The position numbers and the translations under genes are program-made. A model generated the notes under the pieces. It searched no databases. It was not told where the DNA came from and worked only from the letters and a program-made list of their open reading frames with translations. From Perkinsus chesapeaki ATCC PRA-425 (Eukaryota; Protista; Perkinsozoa), in the NCBI GenBank assembly GCA_013115145.1, contig JAAPAO010000004.1, positions 62,001 to 126,000 of the forward strand: a stretch of 64,000 nt of DNA, read 5' to 3'. Each line of letters starts with the position of its first letter. The stretch's first letter is position 1. Below are positions 60,929 to 64,000 of this stretch, piece by piece.

Positions 60929-62533
60929 CTACATTCGTCTTTCAGAAACACTAACGACTTGAGTGGTGAAAGTTTTGCTTCCACGCTTTATCTTAAGTTG
61001 CGTAGATACTCCACATTGAACCCCTAAGGTCTCATAGACATCATAAACTGAGCGGACTTCTCGACCATCAATGCTTTCAATAATGTCACCAACACGAAGC
61101 CCCGCCTTCGCCGCTGGAGTTTGACCCTTCACTTGAACAATTCGCACACAATCTTGAGTTCCTGAAGGTAATGACAACATTACTGGGGGTGGGCATAGTG
61201 GAGTCGCAGTATGCTACTAGCATACCATATTCAATAGCATCCTCATCATTTCTATTCGTTATAACCATCCCAAGATAAGGTGGGCTCCAGTAACCATTAG
61301 TAGTAATAGAGTCAGCGATATGTCTTACAAGCTCTAATGGTAGCGCCAAACTGATTTGCATACAATTTGGTAAGAAACAACAACAACGCCTACCCGAACT
61401 CGCCACATTTCTTAACAATCATTCCAATGCATCGGCCATCCCTGGTTACAGCTGGTGAACCGGACATACCTAATAGGTCATCGAGATAAAGGACGGGGAA
61501 ATGAAGGAACTCATCTACCTGGCAGAGTTGTCACACTTAGTTGTATGAATCTCCATCGACGAGAACAATTATCAATCGACCTGAAAGGGGAGTAGGAGAT
61601 TGTGTGGTATTAAAGGATACTGTTGAAAGCCTTAGTGTCATCTTACCCTTCAGTAAAGCTTTGTCTGGGGTTGCTAACTATACCAACCGCTCCAACAAGA
61701 CCATCACCACCTCCAGCTCCACCACCTAGAGTGCAGATCCAGGTGCCTGACAATAGCAGGATAACACTGCAGTTTTTATGTGTGATGAGGTACCTCGATC
61801 GGGAAGGTCATGGCTGGCATCTTCTACCGGTTTGAGCTCATCAGTTGATTGCATTGAAAAAACTGCAACATCACCCTCTGAGTTGAGAGCATTTAGAGCA
61901 TACATTCTTTAGTGCAGATTTACCTTCAGTTTTTCCCTCAAGTTTAACTTCTTCCCATCGTCCACTTTTAGGTAGTCTCACCCAAAGGACGTCACCTAGA
62001 CGCGGATCGACCCCACCCTGGGCAAAGCCTAGTCTCTTCCTCAGTGTATGAGCAGCACTAATAAGATACGTTCGTCCTTTCTCTTCCTTGTACACAAAAG
62101 CTGTGCCAATTTGAGTGCCTGGAGGACTACCACCCTGTGGGCTTGCATACATTAACACCACCGATGACTCAAGTGACTTGAACACTTGTCTGAAGTCAGT
62201 CGAAGTGCTGTTGGTCTCTAATTGTTCCTCGCAGCTCACCACTGCGTTAGATGACGCATCCGATGAGAATAAGGCAAAACTCATGCTTGCAAAGAGGGAT
62301 GCCGCAGCTGCAGCACCTCTACCAAGAGCACCTCCTTGACGATACCACTGACCGTCAGCGTGCGCCCCTCTACAGAGACTTGTTCTATTCAAGAATAGTG
62401 GTGGTGATGGCGTTGCAGCAGCACTGAATGTTGTGTATGGTCTTGATAAGACAGACGACGCAGTATGTGTTAACGATGCTGCTAGGCTACGGTTACCACA
62501 GATGGCCTTATAAGGGCCGAATACTTGATACAT
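60929..62533 (-). CDS. HtrA/DegP-like serine protease with C-terminal PDZ, multi-exon
   Basis: Transit-peptide-like N-terminus, LISAAH (His), GMSGSPAV..DGRCIG (Ser), PYLGMV, TPAAKAGLRVGDIIESIDG (PDZ). Confidence 0.88.
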
Positions 62534-62610
62534 TGAAAGGGGTATATATTAGAAACTACAAAATTGAGATAATGATTATAGAACTCTACAAACTATGGCA
62601 GTAGCTATCA

Positions 62611-63162
62611 TCAATCAGGTTTAAGAAGCTGTGGGGGTACACTATGTATTCTCCTCATTTTCTGTATTGAATATGCCAACAATGCCATGAAGAAAGTGAT
62701 AGCTATAATAAGCAACTTCAGCACGGTATTCATCTGCGCCCTTCGCTTAGTCTTCGCTGAATGCATCTCCTCAGGGGAAGATTTGATAGCATTTGGAGGG
62801 GTTCCAACTTGGGTAGTCAGCACACTCGTTCTGGTTTCTCTATGATCCACCTTATCATCCTCACCCTCCTCGTCAGAGTCCATCTTATCATCCTCACCCT
62901 CCTCGTCAGAGTCCACCTTATCATCCTCGCCCTCCTCGTCAGAGTCCATCTTATCATCCTCGCCCTCCTCGTCAGAGTCCATCTTATCATCCTCACCCTC
63001 CTCGTCAGAGTCCATCTTATCATCCTCACCCTCCTCCTCCTTAATAGTTTTCCTGCGAGTTTTGTCCCCTTTCAAGTCTCTGGCATTATCGTCATTCTCT
63101 CGGTCATGTGAAGTTACCATAGTCTTGGCAACTTTCGTGGATTTAGATACATACCTAACCAT
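62611..63162 (-). CDS. Acidic-repeat protein or exon with a C-terminal TM anchor
   Basis: (EEGEDDKMDSD)n followed by VLKLLIIAITFFMALLAYSI. May be a terminal exon of the upstream TPR gene. Confidence 0.6.
   Translation of the reverse strand: MVRYVSKSTKVAKTMVTSHDRENDDNARDLKGDKTRRKTIKEEEGEDDKMDSDEEGEDDKMDSDEEGEDDKMDSDEEGEDDKVDSDEEGEDDKMDSDEEGEDDKVDHRETRTSVLTTQVGTPPNAIKSSPEEMHSAKTKRRAQMNTVLKLLIIAITFFMALLAYSIQKMRRIHSVPPQLLKPD
62846..63035. repeat. 33-bp coding minisatellite, about 5.8 copies
   Basis: tcca(c/t)cttatcatcctc(a/g)ccctcctcgtcagag repeated in tandem. Confidence 0.95.
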
Positions 63163-63214
63163 AAGCGTGCATGCTACACTACAACCGTCAAGAATCCCTA
63201 CTTATGTTTCTCCT

Positions 63215-64000
63215 CCTTTAACTGAGCGAGAGCCTTCCGAATTCCTGGATCATTTGGGCATGCCCGATAACTGACAATAACAATCGTCAAGTTGACACAG
63301 CAACACGCAGCACCTTACGCAGACATGAGAGAAGCCTTAGCCAGTTTGTAATCGTTCTTGTAGTTCATATAAACCATACCCTGCCAATAGAGTGCCTTCA
63401 CATTCGAGGGGTCTAATCGAAGAGCCTAGAGGGGTACATCATCACTACTGCAAGACGACCAATGCCGAATCTCTCACCTGTCTGGTCTGGATCAGGACTT
63501 CATCGAATTCCTCAAGTTTGTATTTACAGATGGCAAAAGACACATGGCATTTCTAAGACACCTCAGCGCTGTCCTCAAGTGAGCGCTGCTGCTGCTTACC
63601 AACTTGCTACTATTAAACCATTCCCTCTCTTCTTTAGTATCCGGGAAACAATACTCAAAGTTGAGGAGGGCCTTACGATACCATACTGCTGCTAGACCAA
63701 GATTGCCTTCTCGTAAATATTCATTTGCTTTCTGTCGCATTGTATCGGCACCTTCAATGACTTGTACGAACATCGATGGATGTTGAGGGCACCTTGTAGC
63801 TTCTCCTTGGTAGGCATATCATACAACTGTTGCTCTTTCCGATGGTCATGTGAACAACCGCCCAACTCGGCTGCCTTCATCATTTCTATACATTCCGGCC
63901 CTGACACAACTGTCCCAAGCTGGCAAGCTCCAAGTTCCGTATACCATGTTCGTGGTCGAGCGGACATCGTTCTTTTGCCTCTTGAAGTTGTTCTTCCAAT
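63215..64000 (-). CDS. TPR-repeat protein (partial, multi-exon)
   Basis: CSHDHRKEQQLYDMPTKEKL, KANEYLREGNLGLAAVWYRKALLNFEYCFP, LDPSNVKALYW.G. Confidence 0.7.

Overview
Eukaryotic genomic DNA with very short (mostly about 40-55 nt) GT-AG introns. The gene content and style suggest an alveolate, probably a Perkinsus-like protist; this is an inference. No rRNA, CRISPR array or prokaryotic operon was seen. About 1-20 kb is a nest of mobile DNA. It holds an intact, very young Ty3/Gypsy-order LTR retrotransposon (identical 112-bp LTRs, 5-bp TSD, single gag-pol ORF, CCCH finger in Gag) and a second LTR element (192-bp LTRs) whose ORF is split only at homopolymer runs. It also holds a 1.2-kb CAC...GTG TIR element encoding a RAG1-N-terminal-like (Chapa) zinc finger, plus gene and gag remnants. 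About 20-64 kb is gene-dense: an MddA/nurim-like methyltransferase, NDOR1, GINS Psf3 and Psf1, BBS9, an ENPP, UBE2J1, HtrA, a TPR protein, tRNA-Phe, and tRNA-Gly with a damaged duplicate. Two small spliced genes are missed or only fragmentarily captured by the ORF track (one is BRAWNIN-like), and there is a four-copy family of unknown ~100-aa single-pass membrane proteins. All exon structures were read by eye, so multi-exon gene boundaries are approximate.
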